Shown: positions 29,623-39,265 of the stretch, in pieces
How positions within the stretch are numbered: position 1 is the stretch's first letter
Layout: every line of letters begins with the position of its first letter
NCBI GenBank assembly: GCA_963776495.1
Contig: CAVZMW010000006.1
Location: forward strand, 1,045,629-1,109,628
From: an uncultured Acidobacteriota bacterium
GTDB taxonomy: Bacteria > Acidobacteriota > Vicinamibacteria > Vicinamibacterales > Fen-181
Direction: 5' to 3'
DNA length: 64,000 nt
Notes under the pieces: model-generated
The model's database searches: none
What the model was told of the DNA's origin: nothing
The model's input: the letters and a program-made list of their open reading frames with translations, nothing else
Program-made: the position numbers and the translations under genes

Positions 29623-30011
29623 CGCCGGCCGTCCTTCCGGGCCTTGGCGACGAGGTCCTCGATCCGCGCCAGGTCGTCGTCGGACAGGCGCGAGGTGTCG
29701 CCGCCGAGCAGCGCGACCACCACCTGCTCGGGCGACCCGTCGTAGAAGGTGTCCACCAGGTGCTTGAGCGCCGACTTGCGCGCCGAGTGCCGGGGGACGG
29801 CCGGGGTGTAAACGTAGCGCAACCCTTGTTCCTCGTGCCGGACGTGCCCCTTCTCCTCGAGGACGCGGAGCTGCGTGCGGACGGTCGAGTAGTGCGGGTC
29901 GCCGGGCATCTCGCCCATCACCTCGGCGGCGGTCGCCCGCCCGCGGCGGTAGAGGATGTCCATGATCTGGCGTTCGCGGCGGGTCAGGGCGGCGTGCGGG
30001 GTGGTCGGCAT
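29619..30011 (-). CDS. BlaI/MecI/CopY-family transcriptional repressor
   Basis: 130 aa winged-helix protein (LTRRERQIMDILYRRGRATAAEV). Overlaps the sensor gene by 4 nt. Confidence 0.9.
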   Translation of the reverse strand: MPTTPHAALTRRERQIMDILYRRGRATAAEVMGEMPGDPHYSTVRTQLRVLEEKGHVRHEEQGLRYVYTPAVPRHSARKSALKHLVDTFYDGSPEQVVVALLGGDTSRLSDDDLARIEDLVAKARKDGRR

Positions 30012-30012
30012 G

Positions 30013-30047
30013 TGTTAGCTCAGTAGCAGAACGTTATAAAACTAACA
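30013..30047. promoter_or_regulatory. Candidate operator/promoter of the blaI-blaR1-like operon
   Basis: AT-rich island in a GC-rich context with the inverted repeat tgttag-N23-ctaaca, immediately upstream of the blaI start. No canonical TACA/TGTA box seen. Confidence 0.3.
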
Positions 30048-30107
30048 TCACGCCGCCAGGGCGTCAAGAGGTAATGTGCGGACCCCTTCCGCCGGCACGC
30101 CTGACGC

Positions 30108-30156
30108 GGCCTTCAGCCGTCAGCCTTCGGCCGTCAGCCCTCCGCCTTCAGCCTTC
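30108..30156. repeat. Heptad repeat array, 7 units
   Basis: ggccttc agccgtc agccttc ggccgtc agccctc cgccttc agccttc. Overlaps and encodes the C-terminal tail and stop of the symporter gene. Confidence 0.8.
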
Positions 30157-31637
30157 GGTTGGCCCGGGCCCGGGAAGATCAGGCTCGTGCCGTACCCGAC
30201 GGCCACGCAGACGATGGTGCCGGCCAGCACGTACCACGTCCAGGCGAGCGGCGTGTACGCCTTGACGAGCAGCATGCAGACGAGCGAGACGCCGATCCCG
30301 GCCACCGCCCCGGTCTGGTTCGCGCGCCTGGTCAGGATGCCCAGCAGGAAGGCCCCGAGCATCGGGCCGTAGACGAGCGAGGCGATCGACAGGCCCGCCG
30401 TGAACACCGACCCCCAGCCGCGCGCCACGATCGCGATCCCGATGAGCACGACGCCCCAGCCGGCCGTGCACCAGCGCGAAAGCGCCAGCAACTGCGCCTC
30501 GGTGCGACCGGCGCCCGCCAGCGGCCGGTAGAAGTCGAGCACGGTCGTCGAGGCCAGCGAGTTGAGCGACCCGCTCAGGTTCGACATCGCGGCCGCGAAG
30601 ACGGCGGCGATCACGAGGCCCGCGATCCCGCGCGGCAGGCTGTGGACGATGAAGACGGGGAAGATCTCGTCGTTGGTCGTGATGGGGGGCAGCGGCGCGT
30701 GCTGGTAGTAGGCGTAGAGCATCACGCCGATGGTCAGGAACAGCGCGAACTGGAACAGCACGATGAAGCCGCTCGTGATGAGCGCCTTCTGGCTGTCCCG
30801 CTGGTTGCGGCAGGTGAGCAGGCGCTGCACGAGCAGTTGATCGGTGCCGTGCGAGGCCATCGTCAGGAACGTGCCGCCGATGAGGCCGGCCCAGAAGGTG
30901 AACGGCAGCCGCGGGTCCCACGAGAACGACAGCCACTCGAACTTGTGCGCGGCCTCCGCGTGCGCGGCGATCGCCGGCCACCCGCCCGGCACCATGTGCA
31001 GCAGTTGCCAGGCGGCGAGCAGCGATCCGCCGATGTAGATCACCAGCTGGATCAGGTCGGTCCAGATGACGGCCGCGATCCCCCCTTCGAACGTGTAGAC
31101 GAGGGTGAGCAGGCCGACCAGCACGATCGACCACAGCCACAGGTTCGGCAGGCCGGGCAGGCTCGAACTGATGACCGCCGCCAGCACGAGCGAGGCCGCG
31201 AACACCCGCACCCCCTCGGCGAGCGCCCTCATCGTCAGGAACAGCGAGGCCGCGAAGTGCTTGGTGGTCTCGCCGAAGCGCCGGGCGAGCAGCGCGTAGG
31301 CCGTCAGCATCTCCCCCTGGAAGTAGGCGGGGATGAACAGCAGGCTGATAACGAATCGCGCGACGATGTAGCCGAGGACGACCTGGAGGTAGGTGAACGC
31401 GCCGCCCTGTTCCGGCCGGGCGTAGACCGTATAGGCCAGCGCCGGCACGCCGATGAGCGTCAGCGTGCTGGTCTCGGTCGCGACGATCGACAGGCTGATG
31501 ACCAGCCAGTGCGTCCGCCGCGCGCCGACGAAGTAGTCCTTCACCGAGTGGTGGGACTTGCGGAACAGCGTCCCGAAGACGGTGATGCCCACCAGGTAGA
31601 CGATCAGGACGGCGTAGTCGATGGAGGAGAAGCCCAT
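30120..31637 (-). CDS. Sodium:solute symporter family (SSF) transporter
   Basis: About 505 aa polytopic protein starting MGFSSIDYAVLIVYLVGITVFG at ATG 31637. The track start at 31727 would translate a heptad array and is rejected. Confidence 0.85.
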   Translation of the reverse strand: MGFSSIDYAVLIVYLVGITVFGTLFRKSHHSVKDYFVGARRTHWLVISLSIVATETSTLTLIGVPALAYTVYARPEQGGAFTYLQVVLGYIVARFVISLLFIPAYFQGEMLTAYALLARRFGETTKHFAASLFLTMRALAEGVRVFAASLVLAAVISSSLPGLPNLWLWSIVLVGLLTLVYTFEGGIAAVIWTDLIQLVIYIGGSLLAAWQLLHMVPGGWPAIAAHAEAAHKFEWLSFSWDPRLPFTFWAGLIGGTFLTMASHGTDQLLVQRLLTCRNQRDSQKALITSGFIVLFQFALFLTIGVMLYAYYQHAPLPPITTNDEIFPVFIVHSLPRGIAGLVIAAVFAAAMSNLSGSLNSLASTTVLDFYRPLAGAGRTEAQLLALSRWCTAGWGVVLIGIAIVARGWGSVFTAGLSIASLVYGPMLGAFLLGILTRRANQTGAVAGIGVSLVCMLLVKAYTPLAWTWYVLAGTIVCVAVGYGTSLIFPGPGQPKAEGGGLTAEG

Positions 31638-31649
31638 AGAGACATCTTG

Positions 31650-31768
31650 CGAAGTACGAAGTACGAAGTACGAAGTGTGAAGTACGAAGTACGACGTCCA
31701 GTCCCTCGTCCACGCCGTCATTCGCACTTCTTACTTCTTACGTCGTACTCTGTACTTCGTATTTCTTA
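31650..31768. repeat. Inverted pair of AT-richer heptad arrays (7 + 7 units)
   Basis: Left: cgaagta x3, cgaagtg, tgaagta, cgaagta, cgacgtc (31650-31698). Right: attcgca cttctta cttctta cgtcgta ctctgta cttcgta tttctta (31720-31768). The arms are imperfect reverse complements with a 21-nt spacer. Confidence 0.85.
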
Positions 31769-31813
31769 CTTGGCGCGTTTCGACCCTTCCGGTCGCCGCG
31801 TTTGTCACGACGC

Positions 31814-32656
31814 TCACCGGTTCGCATCCTCGATCCGCTGTCCTCGCCGCAGCATCCACTCGCGGACGTCCGGCCGCGCACGGGCGAGCCAGGTCATGAC
31901 CTCGTCGTTCTTCACCGTTCGGCGGATCGTCTCGAGCGCCTGGTCTTCGTCACCCAGCAGCGACGCGAGTGCGAAGACACCGAGAGCCGAGCCCTTGGCG
32001 TAATCCAACGTGCGAGGGTGCATTCGCAGTTCCACTTTCAACTGATCCTGGAAACGCGACATCTCGCGACGGAGGTACGTGGGGAACCTGACGGTGCAGT
32101 CCTGGAAACCCTTGTTGGAGAGACACGCAACGATCGGCAAGATCGGCGAGCAGGCAAAGCAGATATCGTGGTAGTAGGCGAAAGATGGGTCGCCCAGCAC
32201 GAGTTCCTTGCGTCGGTCGCCGCCAAGATCTCGCAGTTCGAAGCCGCTGGCGTCGCCAGCCTGGTACACCAGAATCTCGCGGGGCTCGGCTGCGTCCATC
32301 GTCCAGACGTGCAGGGTCTCGCAGCAATGCGCTGCGCCGCTGTACGAACTCACCAGGAGTTCGAAGGTCTTGTCCCCGTTGAGGTCCGCGCATTCCACTC
32401 GCGTGATCCCCCAATCGGCGATCTCGCGCAGGACGCGGCCCTGTCTCTCGATTCTCAGCCGGTTTGGCCAGTAAGTGCTCCAGTCGCCCGACGGATCGGC
32501 GGGCTCGATCCGGCTCGGCACCGCCTCGTACGCCCCGCAGGTCAGCGGGGAGTCAGGAGGTGTTCGGGCCTGCGCGCGGGCAGAGCCGTCGAGGAGGACA
32601 AAGGCCAGCGCCGCCATGACGGCTGACGACAAACGGTGCGCCGCAAGACTCGTCAT
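31814..32656 (-). CDS. Hypothetical exported protein
   Basis: Signal peptide MTSLAAHRLSSAVMAALAFVLLDGSARA from ATG 32656. Cys-rich, with one FG-GAP-like DLNGDKTFELLV motif. No confident family. Confidence 0.55.
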   Translation of the reverse strand: MTSLAAHRLSSAVMAALAFVLLDGSARAQARTPPDSPLTCGAYEAVPSRIEPADPSGDWSTYWPNRLRIERQGRVLREIADWGITRVECADLNGDKTFELLVSSYSGAAHCCETLHVWTMDAAEPREILVYQAGDASGFELRDLGGDRRKELVLGDPSFAYYHDICFACSPILPIVACLSNKGFQDCTVRFPTYLRREMSRFQDQLKVELRMHPRTLDYAKGSALGVFALASLLGDEDQALETIRRTVKNDEVMTWLARARPDVREWMLRRGQRIEDANR

Positions 32657-32680
32657 ACAGCCCCCGTGGGTCGCGTCCGC

Positions 32681-32722
32681 CACTTCGGTACTTCGCACTT
32701 CGTACGTCGCAACTTCTTACTT
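32681..32722. repeat. Heptad repeat array (gtacttc type), about 6 units
   Basis: cacttcg gtacttc gcacttc gtacgtc gcaactt cttactt. Same unit family as 31720-31768, and lies 5' of gene 31814-32656. Confidence 0.7.
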
Positions 32723-32940
32723 GTCCCGGCGCCCGCCATTATTGCGCCGAACTCCCCCCTTACCAAGGCCGTGGTAGAAGGGCCGGCGAATATGCCACAG
32801 TATTGGGAGGGGGACCGCTCATGCCGGAACACGTGCCGCAGATCTCGAAGGAACTCGTCGAGTGCGAGGCCCGAGGCGCCGAGTGGTTGCATGAGGTCCG
32901 GTGCGCGGACTGCCTCGGCTGTGAGGTCGAGAGCAAGGTC

Positions 32941-34086
32941 ATGCGGGCCGACCTCGAACGGTTCGTGATCGGCGTGCTGGCGCGGCACGGCGTCTCCGAG
33001 CAGGAGGGCGCCGTCACGGCCCGCGTCCTGGTGTCGGCCGACCTTCGCGGCATCGCCAGCCACGGCGTCGCGCGCCTCGGCCGCTACGTCAAGGGGCTGA
33101 AGGCCGGCTACATCGTGCCCGGCGTGCGCGCCGACGTCCGTGAGCCGATCCCGGCCATCGGCGTCATCGACGCGCGGAACGGCATCGGGCAGGTCGTGAG
33201 CGAGTTCGCCATGGACCTCGCCGTCTCGAAGGCGAAGGCGAACGGCGTCGGCGTCGTGACGGTCAGGAACAGCAACCACTTCGGGATCGCCGGCTACTAC
33301 GTGCAGAAGGCCATCGACGCCGGGATGGTGGGGATCTGCATGACCAACGCGGCCCCCCTGGTCGTGCCGACCAACGGGGCCGACGCCATCCTGGGCACCA
33401 ACCCGATCGCGTTCGGCGCGCCGGGCGCGGGCGGGCTCGACTTCCTGCTCGACATGGCCACCAGTGTCGTGCCGCGGGGCAAGTTGGAGGTGTACGACCG
33501 GAACCGGAAGCAGATGCCGACCGGCTGGGCGGTGGACGAGCACGGCTACGATTCGAAGAACCCCGGCCTGGTGCTGGCGAACCTCCTGAAGCGGGCCGGC
33601 GGCGGCATCCTCCCGCTTGGCGGGCGCGGCGAGGAGTTCAGCGGCCACAAGGGCTACGGCCTGGCGCTGATGGTGGACGTGCTGTGCGGCGTGCTCTCGG
33701 GATCGGCGTTCGGTCTCGACGTGAGCAACCTGCAGCGGACGCCGCGGCCCGGCGAGACGGTCGCGCCGCGCGTCGGCCACTTCTTCCTGGCGATGGACAT
33801 CGCCCCGTTCATGCCGGTCGCCGAGTTCCGCGAGCGGTTGGCCGAGCTGGCCCGGATGCTCAAGGACTCGCCGAAGGCCCTCGACCGGTCCACCATCTAC
33901 ATCCACGGCGAGAAGGAGCAGACGCGGGCCGGGCTCCACGAGCGGTCCGGGATCCCGCTGGCGTCCAACGTCCTGGACTCGCTTCGGAAGATCGGCGCCG
34001 ACTGCGGTCTCCCGGGCCCGGTGACCGTCGCCGACCACCTGCAGAGGCAGGCGGCGGGCGACGAGGAAGGCCCGCTCCGCTCATGA
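32941..34086 (+). CDS. Ldh_2-family oxidoreductase (malate/L-lactate dehydrogenase family 2)
   Basis: Motifs GIASHGV, NSNHFG, GTNPIAFGAP, GHKGYGLA. ATG 32941 gives a 381 aa protein of typical size. Confidence 0.75.
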   Translation: MRADLERFVIGVLARHGVSEQEGAVTARVLVSADLRGIASHGVARLGRYVKGLKAGYIVPGVRADVREPIPAIGVIDARNGIGQVVSEFAMDLAVSKAKANGVGVVTVRNSNHFGIAGYYVQKAIDAGMVGICMTNAAPLVVPTNGADAILGTNPIAFGAPGAGGLDFLLDMATSVVPRGKLEVYDRNRKQMPTGWAVDEHGYDSKNPGLVLANLLKRAGGGILPLGGRGEEFSGHKGYGLALMVDVLCGVLSGSAFGLDVSNLQRTPRPGETVAPRVGHFFLAMDIAPFMPVAEFRERLAELARMLKDSPKALDRSTIYIHGEKEQTRAGLHERSGIPLASNVLDSLRKIGADCGLPGPVTVADHLQRQAAGDEEGPLRS

Positions 34087-35288
34087 GCCACACGTTCGAC
34101 GTCGCGATCATCGGCGGCGGCATCGTCGGGGCGGCGACGGGGAAGGCTCTCGTGAGCCGGCCGGGCGTGCGCGTGGTCATCCTCGAAGCCGAGCCGGAGC
34201 TGGCGGCGCACCAGACGGGGCACAACAGCGGCGTCATCCACTCGGGTCTCTACTACAAGCCGGGTTCCCTCAAGGCGACCAACTGCGTCGAGGGGCGGCA
34301 GGCGATGTACCGGTTCTGCGAGGAGCACGGGATCGCCCACGACCGCTGCGGCAAGCTGGTGGTGGCCGCCGGGCCGGCGCAACTCGCCGCGCTCGACGAA
34401 CTCGAGCGGCGGGGCCACGCCAACGGCCTGGCGGGCCTTCGGCGCCTGCGGGCGGAAGAACTGAAGGACTACGAGCCGGCCGTCGCCGGCGTGGCCGGGC
34501 TCCTCGTCCCCCAGACCGGGATCGTGGACTACACGGCGGTCACGCAGGCGTTCGCCCGCATCGTGTCCGACGCGGGCGGCGAGGTGTGGACCTCGGCGCG
34601 CGTGTCCCGCGTGACGTCGAACAACGGGGGACTGGTCCTCGAGACGCTCCAGGGGCCGGTCGAGGCGCGGGCGCTCATCAACTGCGCGGGGCTGCAGTCG
34701 GACCGGGTGGCGCGGATGTGCGGCGTCGAGCCGGGCGTCCAGATCGTGCCGTTCCGCGGCGAGTACTACGAGCTGGTGCCCGAGCGCCAGAAGCTCGTGC
34801 GGAACCTGATCTACCCGGTGCCCGACCCGCGGTTCCCGTTCCTGGGCGTGCATTTCACGCGGATGATCGCCGGCGGGGTCGAGGCCGGGCCGAATGCCGT
34901 GCTGGCCTTCAAGCGGGAAGGCTACACCCGGACCAGCTTCTCGGCGTCGGATTCGGCCGAGATGTTCACCTACCCGGGGTTCTGGCGGATGGCGGCCAGG
35001 TATTGGCCGATGGCCATCGGCGAGTGGCACCGGTCGTTCAGCAAGCGGGCGTTCGTCAAGGCGCTGCGGGGACTGGTCCCGGAACTGCGTGGCGAGGACG
35101 TGCACCGGAGCGGGGCGGGGGTCAGGGCCCAGGCGCTCGACCCCCACGGCGCCCTGCTCGACGACTTCCGCATCGTCGAGGCGGACCGGATGGTCCACGT
35201 GCTCAACGCCCCCTCCCCGGCGGCCACGGCCTCGATCAGCATCGGCGAGACGATTGCCGGCATGGCGAGGCGGTCGTTCGGGCTCTGA
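34083..35288 (+). CDS. lhgO: L-2-hydroxyglutarate oxidase (FAD-dependent)
   Basis: 401 aa. FAD motif DVAIIGGGIVGAA, HNSGVIHSGLYY, and a C-terminus typical of LhgO. The start overlaps the upstream stop (ATGA). Confidence 0.8.
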   Translation: MSHTFDVAIIGGGIVGAATGKALVSRPGVRVVILEAEPELAAHQTGHNSGVIHSGLYYKPGSLKATNCVEGRQAMYRFCEEHGIAHDRCGKLVVAAGPAQLAALDELERRGHANGLAGLRRLRAEELKDYEPAVAGVAGLLVPQTGIVDYTAVTQAFARIVSDAGGEVWTSARVSRVTSNNGGLVLETLQGPVEARALINCAGLQSDRVARMCGVEPGVQIVPFRGEYYELVPERQKLVRNLIYPVPDPRFPFLGVHFTRMIAGGVEAGPNAVLAFKREGYTRTSFSASDSAEMFTYPGFWRMAARYWPMAIGEWHRSFSKRAFVKALRGLVPELRGEDVHRSGAGVRAQALDPHGALLDDFRIVEADRMVHVLNAPSPAATASISIGETIAGMARRSFGL

Positions 35289-35407
35289 ACGGGCGGCGGC
35301 GTGGCGCGGAACCCCAATCGGCGTGGGCCGGGGCGGCCGTTTTCGATTTAGAATGAACGGGTTCACCCAAAGGGCCGGGGACAATCTTAGCGAAGGGGAA
35401 GCACTCT

Positions 35408-36748
35408 ATGTCCGAGACGGCGACACTCCAGGTGCAGGGCAAGACATACAACCTGCCGATCGTGATCGGGACGGAGAACGAGGTAGCGGTCAACATCTCC
35501 AAGCTCCGGGCCGAGTCTGGTGTCATCACCCTCGACGACGGCTACAGCAATACCGGATCGTGCAAGTCGTCGATCACCTTCATTGACGGCGAGCGCGGGA
35601 TCCTGCGGTACCGCGGCATCCCGATCGAGCAGATCGCCGAGCACAGCACCTTCCTCGAGACGGCGTGGCTGCTCATCTATGGCGAGCTGCCGACGTCCGA
35701 CCAGCTGGCGTGCTGGAGCAGCATGCTCACCCGCCACGAGATGCTGCACGAGGGGCTCTACAAGCACTACGACGGGTTCCCGTCGCAGGGGCACCCGATG
35801 GCGATCCTCTCCGCGATGGTGAACGCGGTGAGCTGCTACGACCCGGACGTCATCAAGATCGAGAGCCCGGAGACGTTCCAGAGCGCGGCGGCGCGGCTGC
35901 TGAGCAAGACGCGGACGATCGCGGCGGCCGCCTACAAGACGTCGATCGGCCAGCCGCTGGTCTACCCGAAGCCCGACCTGGACTATTGCTCGAACTTCCT
36001 GCACATGATGTTCTCGATCCCGTTCAAGGAGTACGAGCCGGACCCGGACATCGTGAACGCGCTGCAGCTCATCCTCGTCCTCCACGCCGATCACGAGCAG
36101 AACTGCTCGACCAGCACCGTCCGCATGGTGGCCTCGTCGGGCGCGAACCTGTTCGCGAGCTGCGCGGCGGGTGTGTGCGCGCTGTGGGGGCCGCTGCACG
36201 GCGGCGCCAACGCGGCGGTCATCGACATGCTGAAGTACATCCACGACAGCGGCATGACGGTGAAGGATTATGTCGCGAAGGTGAAGGACAAGTCGTCGCA
36301 CATCAAGCTGATGGGGTTCGGTCACCGCGTCTACAAGAACTACGATCCGCGCGCGCGGATCATCAAGCAGGCGGCCGACCGGGTGCTCAACAAGCTGCAG
36401 ATTCACGACCCGATGCTCGACCTCGCCCGCGCGCTCGAAGAGGCCGCGCTCAGCGACGACTACTTCAAGGAGAAGAAGCTCTACCCGAACGTGGACTTCT
36501 ACTCCGGGATCATCTTGAGGGCCATCGGGATCCCGGTCGAGATGTTCACCGTCATGTTCGCGATCGGCCGGATGCCGGGCTGGATCGCCAACTGGAAGGA
36601 AGTGTGGGAAGGCGAGACCCGGATCTACCGGCCGCGCCAGGTTTACGTGGGGCAGACCGAGCGCGAGTACGTGCCGGCCGGCCAGCGCAAGGCGGTGCCG
36701 ATTCCCGGGATGAGCGGGGAGGCGGCGCTCAAGGGAGGCTGCAGCTAA
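35408..36748 (+). CDS. gltA: Citrate synthase (type II hexameric-like)
   Basis: 446 aa with GPLHGGAN, HRVYKNYDPRA and DFYSGI motifs. Confidence 0.95.
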   Translation: MSETATLQVQGKTYNLPIVIGTENEVAVNISKLRAESGVITLDDGYSNTGSCKSSITFIDGERGILRYRGIPIEQIAEHSTFLETAWLLIYGELPTSDQLACWSSMLTRHEMLHEGLYKHYDGFPSQGHPMAILSAMVNAVSCYDPDVIKIESPETFQSAAARLLSKTRTIAAAAYKTSIGQPLVYPKPDLDYCSNFLHMMFSIPFKEYEPDPDIVNALQLILVLHADHEQNCSTSTVRMVASSGANLFASCAAGVCALWGPLHGGANAAVIDMLKYIHDSGMTVKDYVAKVKDKSSHIKLMGFGHRVYKNYDPRARIIKQAADRVLNKLQIHDPMLDLARALEEAALSDDYFKEKKLYPNVDFYSGIILRAIGIPVEMFTVMFAIGRMPGWIANWKEVWEGETRIYRPRQVYVGQTEREYVPAGQRKAVPIPGMSGEAALKGGCS

Positions 36749-36760
36749 GGCTGCCGTCCC

Positions 36761-37315
36761 ATGTTGCTCTGGGACATCTTCTTCGTCTTCACGCGCGTCG
36801 CGCTCTTCTCGTGGGGGGGCGGTCCCGCGTCGCTGGCGCTCATGCAGCGCGAGGTGACCGGCCACCGCTGGACCACGGCCTCGGAGTTCGCCGACGCGGT
36901 GGCGCTCGGCAACGCCTTGCCCGGTCCGATTGCGCCGCAGGTGTCGGCCTACGTAGGCTACAAGCTGGCGGGGACGCCCGGGGCGATTGCCGCCGCCTCG
37001 GGCACGGTCCTCCCGACCACGGTCCTGATGCTCGTGATGGTGGTGGTGTTCTTCGCCGTGAAGGACGCGCCGCTCGTCAGGTCGATGCTCACCGCCGTTC
37101 GGCCGGTCGTCATCGGCCTGCTGATCTGGACGGCCTACGACATGGCGCGGTCCGTGTTCGGGGCGGGCAAGGTCGGCTGGACCGCCGCCCTCGCCGCGCG
37201 CTGGGACGGCGTGCTGCTGGCCCTGGCGTCGTTCGCGATCCTCACCTTCACCAGCGTCAATCCCGTCTGGGTGATCCTCGGGGCCGCCGCCTGCGGCCTG
37301 CTTTTCTACCGCTGA
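36761..37315 (+). CDS. Chromate transporter (CHR) family protein, single half-size unit
   Basis: 184 aa membrane protein with SWGGGPASLALMQREV, ALPGPIAP. No partner half-gene is adjacent. Confidence 0.7.
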   Translation: MLLWDIFFVFTRVALFSWGGGPASLALMQREVTGHRWTTASEFADAVALGNALPGPIAPQVSAYVGYKLAGTPGAIAAASGTVLPTTVLMLVMVVVFFAVKDAPLVRSMLTAVRPVVIGLLIWTAYDMARSVFGAGKVGWTAALAARWDGVLLALASFAILTFTSVNPVWVILGAAACGLLFYR

Positions 37316-38457
37316 CGCCGCCCGAACTCCTCGACCGCGTCCACCATGGCGACGATGTTCTCGGGCGGGACGTCGTCCATCATCGTGTGGACCGAGGAGA
37401 CCAGGTAGCCGCCGCCCGGGCCCATGATCTCGATGACGCGCCGCACTTCCTCCCGCACCTCGGCGGGGGTGCCGGACGGCAGGACGCGGTGCGTGTCGAT
37501 GGCGCCGCAGAAGGAGAGCCGCGAGCCGTAGCGGCGCTTGAGCGCGGGGAGGTCGGCCATTCGCCCCGCTGAAGTCTGGACCGGGTTCAGGATGTCGACG
37601 CCGATCTCGACGAAGTCGTCGAGAAGATCGAAGACGTCGCCGTCGGTGTGAAAGAACACGCGCGCCTTCGTGCGCTCGCGGATGAAGGCGATGTAGTCGG
37701 CGTGGATCGGCTTGAGGACCGACCGGTACATCGTCGGCGACATGAGCAGCCGGTCCTGCGTGCCGAGGTCGTCGCCGATCTTGATGACGTCGAGCAGGTC
37801 GCCGCACTCGTGGAGGAAGTGGCCCATGAGCCGCTTGCAGAGCGCCGCGATCCGCTCGAGCAGGGCGCGCGCGAAATCGGGCGCGAGCACCAGCCGCATC
37901 AGGAACGCGTCCATGCCCTGCAGGGCGAAGGCCCGCTCGAGCGGGAAGAGCAGCCATGGCGTCCCGATGACGGCGAACTCGTTCTCGCCGCGCAGCTGCG
38001 CCGCCTCGGCGCGCACGTGGGCCACGCGCGAGGGGGCGTCCATGTCGGGCCACGGGTAGCGCTCGATGTCGTCGAGCGTTCGCGCGTCCTTCATCGGGTG
38101 CACGCCGGGGAACCACGAGCCCGGCGAGACCTCCACCTGCCCCGTGCCCCAGTCGTCCACGAACGGGTCGTGCGGCGGCCGGGCCTGGTTGCGGCGGTAC
38201 ACGTCGGCGGGGTAGCGGTCCAGCACGCCGCGGGCGTCGCTGCCGAGCTGCCGGAGCGTCTCCTCGTCCAGCGCCGCGGTGCCGAGTTCCGGCCAGTCGT
38301 AGATGTAGCGGTCGGGCGCCGTGACGCCCAGGTGCGCCTTCAGCGCGCGATAGGCGCCCATCTTGATGCCGGTGGTGTTGCTGGTGCCGATGACGATGGG
38401 GACGCGGTCGGGCCGTTCGTGCGCCAGGGCGGCGAGGACGCGCTCGCGTGAGGTCAT
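37306..38457 (-). CDS. Uroporphyrinogen decarboxylase (URO-D) family protein
   Basis: 383 aa. N-terminus RERVLAALAHERPDRVP and overall pattern resemble the URO-D/MtaA-like family. Function not assignable. Confidence 0.6.
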   Translation of the reverse strand: MTSRERVLAALAHERPDRVPIVIGTSNTTGIKMGAYRALKAHLGVTAPDRYIYDWPELGTAALDEETLRQLGSDARGVLDRYPADVYRRNQARPPHDPFVDDWGTGQVEVSPGSWFPGVHPMKDARTLDDIERYPWPDMDAPSRVAHVRAEAAQLRGENEFAVIGTPWLLFPLERAFALQGMDAFLMRLVLAPDFARALLERIAALCKRLMGHFLHECGDLLDVIKIGDDLGTQDRLLMSPTMYRSVLKPIHADYIAFIRERTKARVFFHTDGDVFDLLDDFVEIGVDILNPVQTSAGRMADLPALKRRYGSRLSFCGAIDTHRVLPSGTPAEVREEVRRVIEIMGPGGGYLVSSVHTMMDDVPPENIVAMVDAVEEFGRRQR

Positions 38458-38467
38458 GGACGGGATG

Positions 38468-38659
38468 CTACTTCGGGACGTTCCGGCCGGCGACCGGGAA
38501 CGTCCCGTCGAGCCTGGCCAGCATGGCGTCGTAGCGGCGCTCGAGTTCTTCGACGGCCTTGTCGGCGGCGTCCGGCGCCAGCTCGCCGGTCCGCCGCTGC
38601 ATCTCCACGCGCAGGCGCTCGTTCTCGAGCCACTTGTCGGGGTCGAAGTTGTAGGTCAT
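38468..38659 (-). CDS. Small hypothetical protein
   Basis: 63 aa with non-shadow-like composition (MTYNFDPDKWLENERLRVEMQRR...). Lies 10 nt downstream of the URO-D-like gene. Confidence 0.4.
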   Translation of the reverse strand: MTYNFDPDKWLENERLRVEMQRRTGELAPDAADKAVEELERRYDAMLARLDGTFPVAGRNVPK

Positions 38660-38663
38660 ATCC

Positions 38664-38719
38664 GGCCGACGGCCGACGGCTGGCGGCCGACGGTCGTCAG
38701 CCGTCAGTCGTCAGCCGGT
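38664..38719. repeat. Self-complementary heptad array, 8 units
   Basis: ggccgac ggccgac ggctggc ggccgac | ggtcgtc agccgtc agtcgtc agccggt. The unit sequence inverts at the centre, giving hairpin potential. Confidence 0.8.
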
Positions 38720-38720
38720 C

Positions 38721-39230
38721 CTAGAACGGCGAAAATCCGCTCTTCTCCCAGAAGTCGCCGCGGATCGTGTCGGAGAGCGCCTGCAGCGCGTCGAGGTGCT
38801 GCTGCTCCCAGTTGGCGAGGAATTCGTAGAAGCCGCGAACCTGGGCTTCGTCGGCCGTCCGCGCGGCGCCGGAGAAGTGGGCGACGGCATTCTTCTCGAG
38901 CGTCATGCCCACCGAGAGCGCGGCCATCTCGAAGGCGGCGCCCTCGGCCTGCTCGCGGAACCGGTCGGTGAAGAGCTTGTTGGAGAAGGCGCGGAGGTCG
39001 GGCACGACGATGCCCACCGAGAAGGCTTCGACCCCCTTGTCGTGGTAGTTCTTGAGGACGCTGCGCAGGAACGCCTGGTGCTGCACCTCGTCCTGCGCGA
39101 GCTTGCCGAACAGGTCCTGGACGGCGGGCTTGTCGGCGCGGTCGGCGGTCATCGAGTAGAACGTGTAGCCGTCCACCTCGATCTGGTACGCCTTCCGCAG
39201 GATGTCGAGAATCTGATTAGGCGCGGTCAT
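38721..39230 (-). CDS. Ferritin-like/rubrerythrin-type four-helix-bundle protein
   Basis: 169 aa from ATG 39230. Paired E..H motifs (QDEVQHQ, EKNAVAH, WEQQH). Confidence 0.65.
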   Translation of the reverse strand: MTAPNQILDILRKAYQIEVDGYTFYSMTADRADKPAVQDLFGKLAQDEVQHQAFLRSVLKNYHDKGVEAFSVGIVVPDLRAFSNKLFTDRFREQAEGAAFEMAALSVGMTLEKNAVAHFSGAARTADEAQVRGFYEFLANWEQQHLDALQALSDTIRGDFWEKSGFSPF

Positions 39231-39265
39231 GGATAAGGCCTCCGATGGTTGCCTAACATCATAAC

